NCBI GenBank assembly: GCA_963704655.1
Contig: OY969927.1
Span: forward strand, 292,222-356,221
Length of the DNA: 64,000 nt
Source: an uncultured Candidatus Babeliaceae bacterium
Lineage (GTDB): Bacteria; Babelota; Babeliae; Babelales; Babelaceae
Reading direction: 5' to 3'
Below, piece by piece: positions 34,601 through 41,074 of the stretch. A program made the translations under genes and the position numbers. The notes beneath the pieces were generated by a model. It ran no database searches and was not told the DNA's origin. It saw nothing but the letters and a program-made list of their open reading frames with translations. Position 1 is the stretch's first letter. Every line of letters begins with the position of its first letter.

Positions 34601-37023
34601 AGGGCTATATCAAAACCATTTGAAGGAGACGCAGATTGCATAGCTTCATAACCGATAGCGATGTTTGATCCCAAACCGTTATCATTTTGAAGCGCGCTAT
34701 TACCAATAGCAATGTCGGTAGTTGGATTTTGTGTCAAGTTTAATGCAGAATACCCAAGTGCGATATTGCCATTACCATGTAAATTTGCCGCCATTGCATT
34801 GTTGCCGATTGCAGTGTTATTTTCACCTGTGGAATTATTTGTTAAAGCAAAACTGCCCACAGCGGTGTTGATGAAAGGGCTAAATCCACCGTGGCCACCG
34901 ATTATACCCGCTTGAGTATTTGCAAGTGTTTGATACCCAACAGCAACATTAAATACAAGTGGCCCATATACACCACCTGCTGCTATATCAACGGCATTGC
35001 TGAGTGCGCCGCTGCCAAGAGCAACATTGCCAAAGCCGTGCGTTGTTGTTGCAAGTGCGTTTACGCCGATGGCAACGTTTTCTGCGCCACCGATGGCTGT
35101 TATTTGGTTGTCTAAATAATTATAATAGGTAAATTGTGCGCCGCCTTGCAGTGTCTGTGCACTGTTGGCACCAATTGCAACGTTATCACATGCAACTGTT
35201 GCGGTCATGAGCGCATTAAAGCCAAGTGCAACATTGCTTGTGCCGGTAAGTGTATTATTATTGCCTGCATTAAGACCAATAATGGTATTTTGATGTGTCG
35301 GTGCAAAGACGAATCCAGAACCAGTGTCGCATCCGCCAACAGAACTATAATTAATTAAGCTGTTACCAGTAAGAGTAATAGTTGTTGCTGCAAAGCTGCC
35401 GGTGCTGTCACGCAAAACAAGTGTGAGTGCAGAATTACAACTTGTGCCAGTAGCAGTAGATGATGTCCCTACGCCAAGTTGCCCAAGTGAAGTTACTACA
35501 ACAGGTGAACCGGTTACCGGTGTTCCATAAATACCAGCAACATATGCAGAAGTTTGTGTGCCTTGTGTGCCAATGCGAATGGTATTTTGGTCACCAGGTG
35601 CGCCACCACTGCTTATTAAAATATTATTACTTTCATTAGAAGTATAAGGATAACCAGCATTTAAGCCCAATGCAATATTATTAACACCTGTTAATACATT
35701 ACCTAATGCAGAGTGACCAAGTGCAAGGTTTTGTCCACCAACATCTTTAGCAAGTGCGCCGTTACCCAGGGCTATATCAAAACCATTTGAAGGAGACGCA
35801 GATTGCATAGCTTCATAACCGATAGCGATGTTTGATCCCAAACCGTTATCATTTTGAAGCGCGCTATTACCAATAGCAATGTCGGTAGTTGGATTTTGTG
35901 TCAAGTTTAATGCAGAATACCCAAGTGCGATATTGCCATTACCATGTAAATTTGCCGCCATTGCATTGTTGCCGATTGCAGTGTTATTTTCACCTGTGGA
36001 ATTATTTGTTAAAGCAAAACTGCCCACAGCGGTGTTGATGAAAGGGCTAAATCCACCGTGGCCACCGATTATACCCGCTTGAGTATTTGCAAGTGTTTGA
36101 TACCCAACAGCAACATTAAATACAAGTGGCCCATATACACCACCTGCTGCTATATCAACGGCATTGCTGAGTGCGCCGCTGCCAAGAGCAACATTGCCAA
36201 AGCCTTGCGTTGTTGTAGCAAGTGCGTTTATGCCGATGGCAACGTTTTCTGCGCCACCGATGGCTGTTATTTGGTTGTCTAAATAATTATAATAGGTAAA
36301 TTGTGCGCCGCCTTGCAGTGTCTGTGCACTGTTGACACCAATTGCAACGTTATCACATGCAACTGTTGCGGTCATAAGCGCATTAAAGCCAAGTGCAACG
36401 TTGCTTGTGCCGGTAAGTGTATTATTATTGCCTGCATTAAGACCAATAATGGTATTTTGATGTGTTGGTGCAAAGACGAATCCAGAACCAGTGTCGCATC
36501 CGCCAACAGAACTATAATTAATTAAGCTGTTACCAGTAAGAGTAATAGTTGTTGCTGCAAAGCTGCCGGTGCTATCGCGCAAAATGAGTGTGAGTGGCTT
36601 GTCGCATGATGTTGCAGTATATATAAAATTGAGTTGGTTAGAATTTGTCAGTGTTGTGAGCCAGGTTAAGGTGCCAGCATTATCTGCTAATCCTAAAACT
36701 TGGCCCTGAAGCCCTTCTGCCGAGGGTAATACTAATTGATATGACGTTGTTGGTGTGCATGCACGTGTTGGGAGCATTTCTTCTGTGCTTAAATAGTAGC
36801 TTGGTGATTCGGATAAGCTGTTACCATTTTCGTCAAGAATATAGAGTGGTATATAGGTATCGGATAGAATCATATTTTTGTTATGCTCAAGATTTTTATT
36901 AATCGGTTCAAGTGCTTGAGCAAGAATGTGCAAATCATTAAAATTTGTTGACTCTGTTTGCAGTAAATTTGGAAAAAGCCCTATAGAAAGGGCATAGATT
37001 AAGTGATTGTACTTCATATACAT
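22684..37023 (-). CDS. giant fibre protein (4779 aa): concatenated fibre modules, YadA-head-like segment, C-terminal Peptidase_S74 chaperone
   Basis: A single 14,340-nt ORF. At least 5 internal necks (..YVAGIY..VVVTS.GQLGVG..) are each followed by a new collar and cap (TSCD..LVLRDSTGSFAATTITLTGNSLINYS..GGC). The central segment GGQSNTASNSYAAILGGQNNTASNSYGIVVGG has Hep_Hag-like repeats. The protein ends ASTRRVKKNIQDM..GLIAEEVEEIYPG..MMLNELQKD. Confidence 0.9.
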   Translation of the reverse strand: MYMKYNHLIYALSIGLFPNLLQTESTNFNDLHILAQALEPINKNLEHNKNMILSDTYIPLYILDENGNSLSESPSYYLSTEEMLPTRACTPTTSYQLVLPSAEGLQGQVLGLADNAGTLTWLTTLTNSNQLNFIYTATSCDKPLTLILRDSTGSFAATTITLTGNSLINYSSVGGCDTGSGFVFAPTHQNTIIGLNAGNNNTLTGTSNVALGFNALMTATVACDNVAIGVNSAQTLQGGAQFTYYNYLDNQITAIGGAENVAIGINALATTTQGFGNVALGSGALSNAVDIAAGGVYGPLVFNVAVGYQTLANTQAGIIGGHGGFSPFINTAVGSFALTNNSTGENNTAIGNNAMAANLHGNGNIALGYSALNLTQNPTTDIAIGNSALQNDNGLGSNIAIGYEAMQSASPSNGFDIALGNGALAKDVGGQNLALGHSALGNVLTGVNNIALGLNAGYPYTSNESNNILISSGGAPGDQNTIRIGTQGTQTSAYVAGIYGTPVTGSPVVVTSLGQLGVGTSSTATGTSCNSALTLVLRDSTGSFAATTITLTGNSLINYSSVGGCDTGSGFVFAPTHQNTIIGLNAGNNNTLTGTSNVALGFNALMTATVACDNVAIGANSAQTLQGGAQFTYYNYLDNQITAIGGAENVAIGVNALATTTHGFGNVALGSGALSNAVDIAAGGVYGPLVFNVAVGYQTLANTQAGIIGGHGGFSPFINTAVGSFALTNNSTGENNTAIGNNAMAANLHGNGNIALGYSALNLTQNPTTDIAIGNSALQNDNGLGSNIAIGYEAMQSASPSNGFDIALGNGALAKDVGGQNLALGHSALGNVLTGVNNIALGLNAGYPYTSNESNNILISSGGAPGDQNTIRIGTQGTQTSAYVAGIYGTPVTGSPVVVTSLGQLGVGTITTTSFTGQLYGDVIGTQTATHVAFVCGIPACALAQTYSTVLSATSADIPLTLVLRDSTGSFAATTVTVTTVAFEAKDNSGTVSITGPATVSTSYGVTLPQAQGNSSQTLINDGFGNLSWQTVVIGSAIESLNSVTVVNQFLTTYTAETFFGWTDNAVTGVHQLDIPYAGNLPDDNNHVGLITGEDYQNFEFAYNGVYNATPLDIQGTIVERDSTGSFAATNITVTGYQVFEGSTGAGSVSLTAGNLTNTYTLILPAAQATGPNQALFNNGSGQLSWVATLTGGIESLNGLTAPEQFLTTNTGNLTLVVWNDIEPGTHELNIPYAGNLIGTTSVGLISGIDYQNFEFAYNGVYNATPLDIQGTIVERDSTGSFAATNITVTGYQVFQGSTGAGSVSLTAGNLTNTYTLILPAAQATGPNQALFNNGSGQLSWVATLTGGIESLNGLTAPEQFLTTNTGNLTLVVWNDIEPGTHELNIPYAGNLIGTTSVGLISGIDYQNFEFAYNGVYNATPLDIQGTIVERDSTGSFAATNITVTGYQVFQGSTGAGSVSLTAGNLTNTYTLILPTNAAPGLYQVLGVVSGPGKTEQLGWITTVTNSTELNWIYTATSADIPNTLVLRDNTGSFAAYNITADGCLTVNDPTLSPAGQICGSISALTVAPQGSRALQASASGNTRGTYAVDLQINASGSDVASGSYAVIAGGQSNTASNSYAAILGGQNNTASNSYGIVVGGSYNNSTGNSSFVGNGEHHTASGDYSSVTGGYENTASGNYAVVGGGQYNHASNTNAAILGGQSNTASNTYGVVVGGFGNNAAGNSSFIGGGIGNSNTTGDQAVIVGGEGNSASNTFATVVGGSANTASNTYGIVVGGFNNKAAGNSSFIGGGQNHNATDDYATVVGGYQNKASNYYAVVGGGNYNTASGNSSFVGAGYTNTANSDYSVITGGYYNNASNYYAVVGGGTYNTASGNSSFVGAGYTNTANSDYSVVVGGQNNTLGSSLGNWSIIGGGLSNNLNGYYAVITGGYNNSTSSSYATVGGGQNNSAGYAGTVGGGNGNAAGGQYATVPGGYNNQANGEYSVALGQQANAANNGAFVFADSQGSSFASTSNDTFNIRAQSGLVFQGNSTGNITFTVPSSFSSSYGLILPTSHGANGQVLSTNGGAPAQLSWITTVTNSAQLNLLNTATSCDNASTLVLRDSTGSFAATTITLTGNSLINYSTVGGCNTGAGFVFAPTKGNTIIGLNAGNNNINITGTGNLALGFNALALNTSGSNNTALGFGTLATNVNKSNNVAIGTQAMASANPLSGNSVAIGYQALAHDSFGYNVAVGSQALSANLSPYNAAVGTFALQANTTGNFNTALGFNALTTNTTGVQNTGIGASALNNNIGGSYNTAVGTNALLDLTTGQYNTAVGVNAIELITSGNSNVALGYAAGQNAGSNTSNSIYISNLGNSTDNNVTYIGTQGTQTAAYVAGIYNTLLVGEPVVVTSSGRLGVGTYSDLINTATSCDNILSLVLRDSTGSFAATTITLTGNSLINYSTIGGCNTGQGFVFAPTNQNTLIGLNAGNNNILTGTSNVALGFDALASITAGFDNIAIGAFAGQSLIGGEGENNSYIFNGAADNIAIGTGALASTQQGFSNVAIGTSALMTGTDLVVNGGIFAGTYPMQYNVAIGYQASMNAIAYQFFGDSIFDPRPEPIINTAIGSFALTNNISGNYNTAVGNNALSANVIGSYNTAEGYSALSANVLGGSNTAVGYSALLTVTSGSNNTALGTGADVGEPAQNRTAIGAGAAAFVDNSVMLGNSSVRYIMPSGTINSTNLGYAPNNLFNNVLAKQFNIYDSGNTNYAGITAPSATYAFTYTLQMPINQGAFGQLLTTDGNNPAQLSWSTLPTYTLLTAATACDTPSTLVLRDNTGTFEATTVALSGKSLINYSSLGGCNTGQGFIFAPTHNNTIIGLNAGNNNTLTGSGNIAIGQNALQLIATGTSNIAIGYNALQLNSSGHDNIGIGLNALQNNTGPYQIALGTNALQNNTGTNNFAAGYYALANNTAGQFNTAIGDYSLQNNTVGSSNIGIGISTLANSNSGDNIAIGIYSLTNNTQGQQQVAIGSRALQSNITGTSNVGIGYYSLYYNNSGYANTALGYYAGLNCLTGSNNIYLGANVVGSAGDNNLIKIGNGQTQTYVAGIYNNLQVGEPVVITSNGQLGVGSYSNLINTATSCDNALALVLRDSTGSFAATTITLTGNSLINYSSVGGCDTGAGFVWAPTKQNTLIGLGAGNSNNLTGTSNVALGYQALANNITGYNNTALGFGTLATNTNKSNNVAIGTNAMASANPYFGNSVAIGYQALAHDSSGYNVAVGSQALSANTTGYDNTAVGTFALQDNNSGLGNSAFGAFALSANTSGGSNTAIGTLALNANMIGNYNTAVGSQAMYATTAGYYNTALGINAMNSAQASHDVAIGYNSLGLDSAGFNVAVGEATLSNIITGTYNVALGYEAGVNAGTSTSNSIYIANQGNSTDSNVTYIGTQGTQTAAYVAGIYNNLQVGEPVVVTSSGQLGIGSYSNLINTATSCDTALTLILRDSTGSFEATTVTLTGNSLINYSSVGGCNIGQGFVFAPTYGNTIIGLNAGNNNTLTGTLNVALGNQALNANTTGKNNTAVGYQAAKSNMTSSDNVALGNNALATFNGAIGQNVAIGSGAMQNATPLNAAASDIAIGYSALQKDNGQGANIAIGSLAMQNATPINGQDIAIGALTLPSDTIGFNIAIGFSSMTNNTTGVNNVAMGISSLGTNTSGSYNVALGTSALFGNGASAAKNVSNNVGVGYQSLYSNRANNLTAVGYYALGSNTTGIQNTALGYNALGSNTTGTSNVALGYQALANAAGINNFDNIAIGANTLSGASILGDNIAVGTNALSASGYTGGQQIAIGTGALQANTTGTGNIAIGYDALQTNTSGVNNIAIGAYALSKLNYNLPFLGIPSGANNIAIGSNALSNIIQAGENVAIGSNTLQNGSFSYGNVAIGYNAFVFGNSAFNVAVGNSSMGSNNTGASNTAVGYYSLSGNTTGNSNTAIGSYSLSGNIIGFNNTAVGYNALLTASVGNALTAVGSGALQYNTLGTQNVGVGYSTLQSNTSGSNNTAVGFNALSLSQFSNNNTAIGNLTLNNAAVGSDNTAVGNQALSTNQTSSLVGIGSGALFNNTTGAQNVAVGYYALNANITGFNNTALGYQALANANTANNFDNIAIGANTLSGASILGDNIAIGYNALSSANYTKGQQTAIGTGVLQFNTTGTANVGIGYQVLDANTIGSNNVALGNEALTINISGNDNTAIGTNALANSTASRLTAVGSGALANATTGIQNTAVGFNALNLNTTGTSNIAIGYQALANARTINNFDNIAIGAFTLTGTAVLGDNIAIGYNALSSANYNKGQQIAIGTGALQNNTSGVQNHAEGYYALNANTTGTSNVAIGYQALANAKTINNFDNIAIGAFALSGASILGDNIAIGYNALSSANYTGGQQTGIGTGVLQFNTTGTANVGIGYQVLDANTIGSNNVALGNEALTINISGNDNTAIGTNALANSTASQLTAVGSGALANATTGIQNTAVGYYALNANTTGTSNVAIGHQTLAANTASVNNVAVGCYALTKLSGTITYGGNNTAIGADALAALTTGTNNVAIGYNAGTNLLTGTGNIYIGANVYAGAITTSTAESDTIRIGALYGAGSGACYIQGIFGQTYTTGGAAVSIGSNGKLGTTASTRRVKKNIQDMDNITEDLHKLRPVTFNYIWDGYEDHLEYGLIAEEVEEIYPGIVIKDAYGQPQTVQYQYIPLMMLNELQKDRAMLLDYRKRLETLEICYKETIATMQEQIADLQTKIEKLVA
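22687..23055 (-). other. Peptidase_S74-like chaperone domain (giant fibre C-terminus)
   Basis: S-T-R-R-V-K places Ser at 0 and Lys at +5. The domain is ~75% identical in protein to the 56469-56813 domain. Confidence 0.8.
23500..24610 (-). repeat. two ~380-bp near-identical copies spaced 729 bp (approx 23500-23880 and 24229-24609)
   Basis: AATGCCAGTAGTAGCATTTGCTAATGCACCTGAACCAACTGCGGTGAG occurs at 23521 and 24250. The protein block GQQT.IGTGVLQFNTTGTANVGIGYQVLDANTIGSNNVALGNEALTINISGNDNTAIGTNALANSTAS occurs twice. Confidence 0.85.
32590..33750 (-). repeat. ~2.5 tandem copies of a 468-bp (156-aa) unit
   Basis: The anchor GCAAAGCTTCC.GTACTATCGCGTTCTAC occurs at ~32703, ~33171 and ~33639. The unit runs DYQNFEFAYNGVYNATPLDIQGTIVERDSTGSFAATNITVTG...SVGLISGI. 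Boundaries are approximate. Confidence 0.85.
34279..36612 (-). repeat. two tandem near-identical copies of a complete 1167-bp (389-aa) fibre module
   Basis: The antisense ORFs 34712-34915 and 35879-36082 translate identically and are offset by exactly 1167 bp. The protein aa ~138-526 repeats as aa ~527-915. Boundaries are approximate. Confidence 0.9.
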
Positions 37024-37129
37024 ACTCTTTTTTTTATAGGATACCTTTTGAAAGCAATGTTAGTATGCCAAACTGTTTTTGGCAAATGCAAGATAGTTAT
37101 GTTTTTAAAAATTGATATACTGTTTTGTT

Positions 37130-37750
37130 ATGGAACATACAAATGCACTATGGCAAAAATTTGCCCAAAAAAATAATCTTACAGAAAAGCAACTTACTCA
37201 ATTTCAGCGTTATTACGATCTTTTAATAGCTGCAAATGAGCTTTTTAATATTACTGCCATTACTGATGTAGAATCGGTGATAGCGTACCATTTTGAAGAT
37301 TCCCTGAAGCTTGGGCAAGCTTTAGATATTAATGCTATTAAAAGTTTATGTGATATCGGTACTGGTGGCGGTTTTCCTGGGATCCCCCTTAAAATAGTCT
37401 ATCCGCACCTAAAAGTTCTTTTGTTAGAAGTATCACAGAAAAAGATTAATTTTTTAGAAACTGTGGTTCAGGAGCTTGGTTTGCAAGATGTTGAAACGTG
37501 TGATTATGATTGGCGGACGTTTTTACGAAAAACTGAAGGGGCCATAGATCTATTTTGTGCACGTGCGTCATTGCATCCAGATGAATTACTACGCATGTTT
37601 GCAGGCTCATCGTCATATCAAAGTAGTACGTTAGTTTATTGGGCATCGCAAGAATGGAAAGCCTCTGAAAAAGAGAAGCCATTTTTGAAGACGATGTACG
37701 AATATACTGTTGGTGATCGTAAGCGCTTTTACGTGATTTTCAAAAAATAA
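37130..37750 (+). CDS. rsmG: 16S rRNA (guanine527-N7)-methyltransferase RsmG (GidB)
   Basis: LFNITAITDVESVIAYHFEDSL..DIGTGGGFPGIPLKI..LLEVSQKKINFL. The likely start is the ATG at 37130. The track start at 37112 is a TTG. Confidence 0.85.
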   Translation: MEHTNALWQKFAQKNNLTEKQLTQFQRYYDLLIAANELFNITAITDVESVIAYHFEDSLKLGQALDINAIKSLCDIGTGGGFPGIPLKIVYPHLKVLLLEVSQKKINFLETVVQELGLQDVETCDYDWRTFLRKTEGAIDLFCARASLHPDELLRMFAGSSSYQSSTLVYWASQEWKASEKEKPFLKTMYEYTVGDRKRFYVIFKK

Positions 37751-37809
37751 TAATTCATATTTTTATACAGTTGTTTTGATTGCAATTTTTCAGCATAAAG
37801 CTAAGATAT

Positions 37810-37868
37810 CCCTACTTCGCACCTTGTGGGTGCTTCGAAGGGCAGGCATGTCAGGACATAGTGTCGGG
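37810..37868. repeat. degenerate GC-rich repeat relic upstream of the MATE gene
   Basis: The reverse complement ..GTCCTGACATGCCTGCCCTTCGAAGCACCC.. resembles GTCATTCCGGACGTGCCTGCCCGCC of the 62.7-kb copy. Confidence 0.5.
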
Positions 37869-37873
37869 AGATT

Positions 37874-39277
37874 ATGATGAAACATACGCAATCACTTTTT
37901 GCAAGTTACCTTTCTGGTATCAAAGATTCTGATAACGGTAATTCATATAGCACTATTTTGGCGCTCTTTTTCCCCGAGCTGATTACCGCCTTTGTTTTAA
38001 TGATTAATATTGTTGATATGAAATTTGTTGCGCAGCTGAACTCAACCGGTTTATATAATGCCTTGGGTGTTACCTATACGCTGCTGCATACTATCACCAA
38101 AATTGCAGAGGGCCTTTCTGTGGGCGCGGTGATTATGTGTGGCCATTATAATGGCGCTGACGATAAAAAAAATGTGGGTAACTCATTAAGTGCGGCTCTG
38201 TGGGTTTCACTGCTTGTAGGCGGCTTGATCGCATGGGCGCTTTTTGTGGGCGCGCATTCAATTTTTGTGTGGTACAACTTGCCTGAACGGTTAATAACTA
38301 TTGGCGCTGCATATTTAAAAGTTCGTTGTCTCAGTATTTTTTGTATGTTTGTCAGTTACGGTATCGTAGGTTTTTTACGTGGTGTAAAAAATACACGGGT
38401 ACCCATGAACCTTTTTCTTTTTGGCGCAGGGCTTTTTGTTGTTTTTGATTATCTTTTAATTTTTGGAAAATTTGGGTTTCCCCAGTTGGGTATTATGGGT
38501 TCTGCATGGGCCGCCGTGATCCAGTATGTGGTTATTAGTATTATTGGCCTGATTTATATATTTATGAGTAAGTACCATAAACTGTATGACGTTCAGATCT
38601 TTAACCTCCAGATTTTATGGCTCATGGGCAAGATCTTTATGGTCAGTTTGCCGGTTATGGTGGATAAGGCCACGCTCGCTATTGCAAAGATTTGGTTGTG
38701 TAGTTTGATTAACCCATTGGGTAAGGTTGCTATGGGTACATTTAATGTGATTAAAGATATGGAGCAGTTTGCCTTTGCCCCGGCAGTTGCCTTTGCACAA
38801 GTGATAACACTTTTGGTAAGTAATGATTACGGAAGTAAAAATTGGCAGGGGATTAAAAGCACGATTAAAAAAATTCTCTTTTTAAGTTCGCTCATGGTCT
38901 TTGTTATTTTAGTGGCCTTTTCTGTGATGCCGCACCTTGTTATTAGCCATTTTGATACTAAACAGGTATTTACCGATTTTGCAGCAACGGCATTTCCATT
39001 TATTAGTATTTTAGTGTTTTTTGATATTTTGCAGATTATTTTGGCTGCAGCGTTACGTGGTGCATCTAATGTGCGGGTGGTTATGATCGTGCGGTTGGTC
39101 TCACTATTATTTTTTTTCATGCCCGTTTCATACGCTTTTTCACTCTTGCCGCTTGAAAATACGCTCATTAAGTTTATCCTGATATACAGTACATTTTATA
39201 TTGGCAACGGGCTTATGGGTATTATATATCTTATGCGGTTCCGTTCAGAAAGTTGGAAGAGCATATCATGGAGATAA
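37874..39277 (+). CDS. MATE-family efflux transporter
   Basis: 467 aa with ~12 hydrophobic segments. The N-terminal pattern ..ALFFPELITAFVLMINIVDMKFVAQL..ALGVTYTL.. is typical of NorM/MATE proteins. Confidence 0.8.
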   Translation: MMKHTQSLFASYLSGIKDSDNGNSYSTILALFFPELITAFVLMINIVDMKFVAQLNSTGLYNALGVTYTLLHTITKIAEGLSVGAVIMCGHYNGADDKKNVGNSLSAALWVSLLVGGLIAWALFVGAHSIFVWYNLPERLITIGAAYLKVRCLSIFCMFVSYGIVGFLRGVKNTRVPMNLFLFGAGLFVVFDYLLIFGKFGFPQLGIMGSAWAAVIQYVVISIIGLIYIFMSKYHKLYDVQIFNLQILWLMGKIFMVSLPVMVDKATLAIAKIWLCSLINPLGKVAMGTFNVIKDMEQFAFAPAVAFAQVITLLVSNDYGSKNWQGIKSTIKKILFLSSLMVFVILVAFSVMPHLVISHFDTKQVFTDFAATAFPFISILVFFDILQIILAAALRGASNVRVVMIVRLVSLLFFFMPVSYAFSLLPLENTLIKFILIYSTFYIGNGLMGIIYLMRFRSESWKSISWR

Positions 39278-39570
39278 AGGCGGTAAGATTAATTACGCAG
39301 GAAGAACTATTAAAACTTGCAAAACTTTCGTGCATTAAACTCGAGTCGCATGAAGTTGAACCTTTACGTGAGAGTTTGGATGCCGTTTTGGGATACGCAT
39401 CACGGTTAAATGGTGTGGCGGCGCAATATCCTGACATTACTGCGCAGCAGAAATTGTCTAATGTCTTTCGTCCCGATGTGGCGACCTTATGCACTGAGCC
39501 TATTGTTGAGTGTGCCAAGGCGCATGAAAATAATTATTTTGTTGTACCCGTGATCATCAAGCAGTCATAG
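39268..39570 (+). CDS. gatC: Asp/Glu-tRNA(Asn/Gln) amidotransferase subunit C
   Basis: MEIKAVRLITQEELLKLAKLSCIKLESHEVEPLRESLDAVLGYASRLN. It lies directly upstream of gatA. The ATG at 39268 overlaps the MATE gene end. Confidence 0.85.
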   Translation: MEIKAVRLITQEELLKLAKLSCIKLESHEVEPLRESLDAVLGYASRLNGVAAQYPDITAQQKLSNVFRPDVATLCTEPIVECAKAHENNYFVVPVIIKQS

Positions 39571-39587
39571 CAGGAGAGCCCATTTTT

Positions 39588-41060
39588 ATGAAAGATTTAG
39601 CATTTGCTACTATACAAGAGCTTTCTCAAGCGCTTGAAGATAAAAAAATTTCCGTCTCAGAGCTTACAGACTATTTTACCAAACGATTCGCTGAGCACGA
39701 TGATAAAATCGGCAGCGCACTGGAAATATTTGATGCCCCTTCGATACATTCCCTTGCAGGGAACACTCAGGGTGCACGGGGGGAGAAGAGCAAGTTAACC
39801 GGTATCCCTGGCTTAATTAAAGACAATATCTGTCAAAAAGGGCGTGTCGCGTCATGTGCTTCAAAGATGTTAGAAAATTACCAAGCGTCGTATGATGCAA
39901 CGGTTGTTGAACGTCTAAAAGCTGTTGGTGCGCCATTGATTGGTCGTGCTAACATGGACGAATTCGCCATGGGAAGTTCAACAGAAACTTCAGCCTTTAA
40001 AAAGACCGCAAACCCATGGGATCTTTCTCGTGTTCCGGGTGGTTCAAGTGGTGGTTCTGCTGCCGCAGTTGCCGCTGGTTTAGTTCCCTGGTCGCTCGGT
40101 TCCGATACGGGCGGTTCAATTCGTCAGCCCGCATCGTTTTGTAATTTAGTAGGAAGTAAGCCAACGTATGGTTTAGTTTCACGTTATGGGTTGATCGCCT
40201 ATGCGTCATCGCTTGATCAAATTGGTGCATTTACACGTACCGTGTATGACAATGCTATAGTGTTGTCTGAAATTGCCGGACATGATAAACGTGATGGTAC
40301 AAGCTTGCCCGTGCAGAAAAAAGATTATACCAAGTCCCTTGATAAAAAAATTCCTGCTGGGCTTAAGATCGGTATCGTTACTAATGCGTTACAAGCAGAA
40401 GGTATTGATGCTGATGTACTTAACCTATTAGATGATGTTATTAAAGTGTATGAAAAATCTGGCGCAACTATCAAGCACCTTGCTGTTCCTGCTATGGATT
40501 ATGCGGCCGCTGTGTATTTTATGGTAAGTCGTGCAGAAGCAGCTTCAAACTTGGCCCGCTTTGATGGTATTCGTTATGGGTACCGTGATATGCAGGCTGA
40601 GACATTGTCTGATGTGTATGTAAATGACCGCTCGCGTGGGTTTGGTGCAGAGGTTAAGCGTCGTATCCTGATTGGCAACTATGCGTTGTCTAGTGGGCAC
40701 GCTGATGCATATTATCAAAGCGCTAAAACGGTTCAGGCGGTAATGCGGCAAGAGTTCTTGGACGCTTTTAAAGAAGTTGATCTTCTTTTTATGCCTACTA
40801 CGCCATCTGGTGCGTTTACGTTTGGCGCGTTTGATAATGACCGTCTTAAAATGGATTTACAAGATTACTTTAACGCAAGTGCGAACTTGACCGGATTGCC
40901 GGCACTTTCTGTTCCTGCTGGTTTTACCCGTAACGGGTTACCGGTTGGTTTCCAGTTGATGGGGCCCGATTTATCTGAAGAATTACTATTTAAAGTTGCA
41001 TATGCATATGAGCAGCAAACTTCATGGCACACCATGGTTCCTGAACAATTCAAAATATAA
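39588..41060 (+). CDS. gatA: Asp/Glu-tRNA(Asn/Gln) amidotransferase subunit A
   Basis: The amidase signature GGSSGGSAAAVAAG..GSDTGGSIRQPA is present. Length 490 aa. Confidence 0.95.
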   Translation: MKDLAFATIQELSQALEDKKISVSELTDYFTKRFAEHDDKIGSALEIFDAPSIHSLAGNTQGARGEKSKLTGIPGLIKDNICQKGRVASCASKMLENYQASYDATVVERLKAVGAPLIGRANMDEFAMGSSTETSAFKKTANPWDLSRVPGGSSGGSAAAVAAGLVPWSLGSDTGGSIRQPASFCNLVGSKPTYGLVSRYGLIAYASSLDQIGAFTRTVYDNAIVLSEIAGHDKRDGTSLPVQKKDYTKSLDKKIPAGLKIGIVTNALQAEGIDADVLNLLDDVIKVYEKSGATIKHLAVPAMDYAAAVYFMVSRAEAASNLARFDGIRYGYRDMQAETLSDVYVNDRSRGFGAEVKRRILIGNYALSSGHADAYYQSAKTVQAVMRQEFLDAFKEVDLLFMPTTPSGAFTFGAFDNDRLKMDLQDYFNASANLTGLPALSVPAGFTRNGLPVGFQLMGPDLSEELLFKVAYAYEQQTSWHTMVPEQFKI

Positions 41061-41074
41061 ACATGAGGAGTTTT

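Noticed and set aside
22684-37023. Trimeric autotransporter adhesin (YadA/Hep_Hag type)
   Set aside because: The head-like repeats are similar, but none of the six proteins ends in a membrane-anchor beta-barrel region. They end in S74-like domains or the shared jelly-roll-like domain instead.
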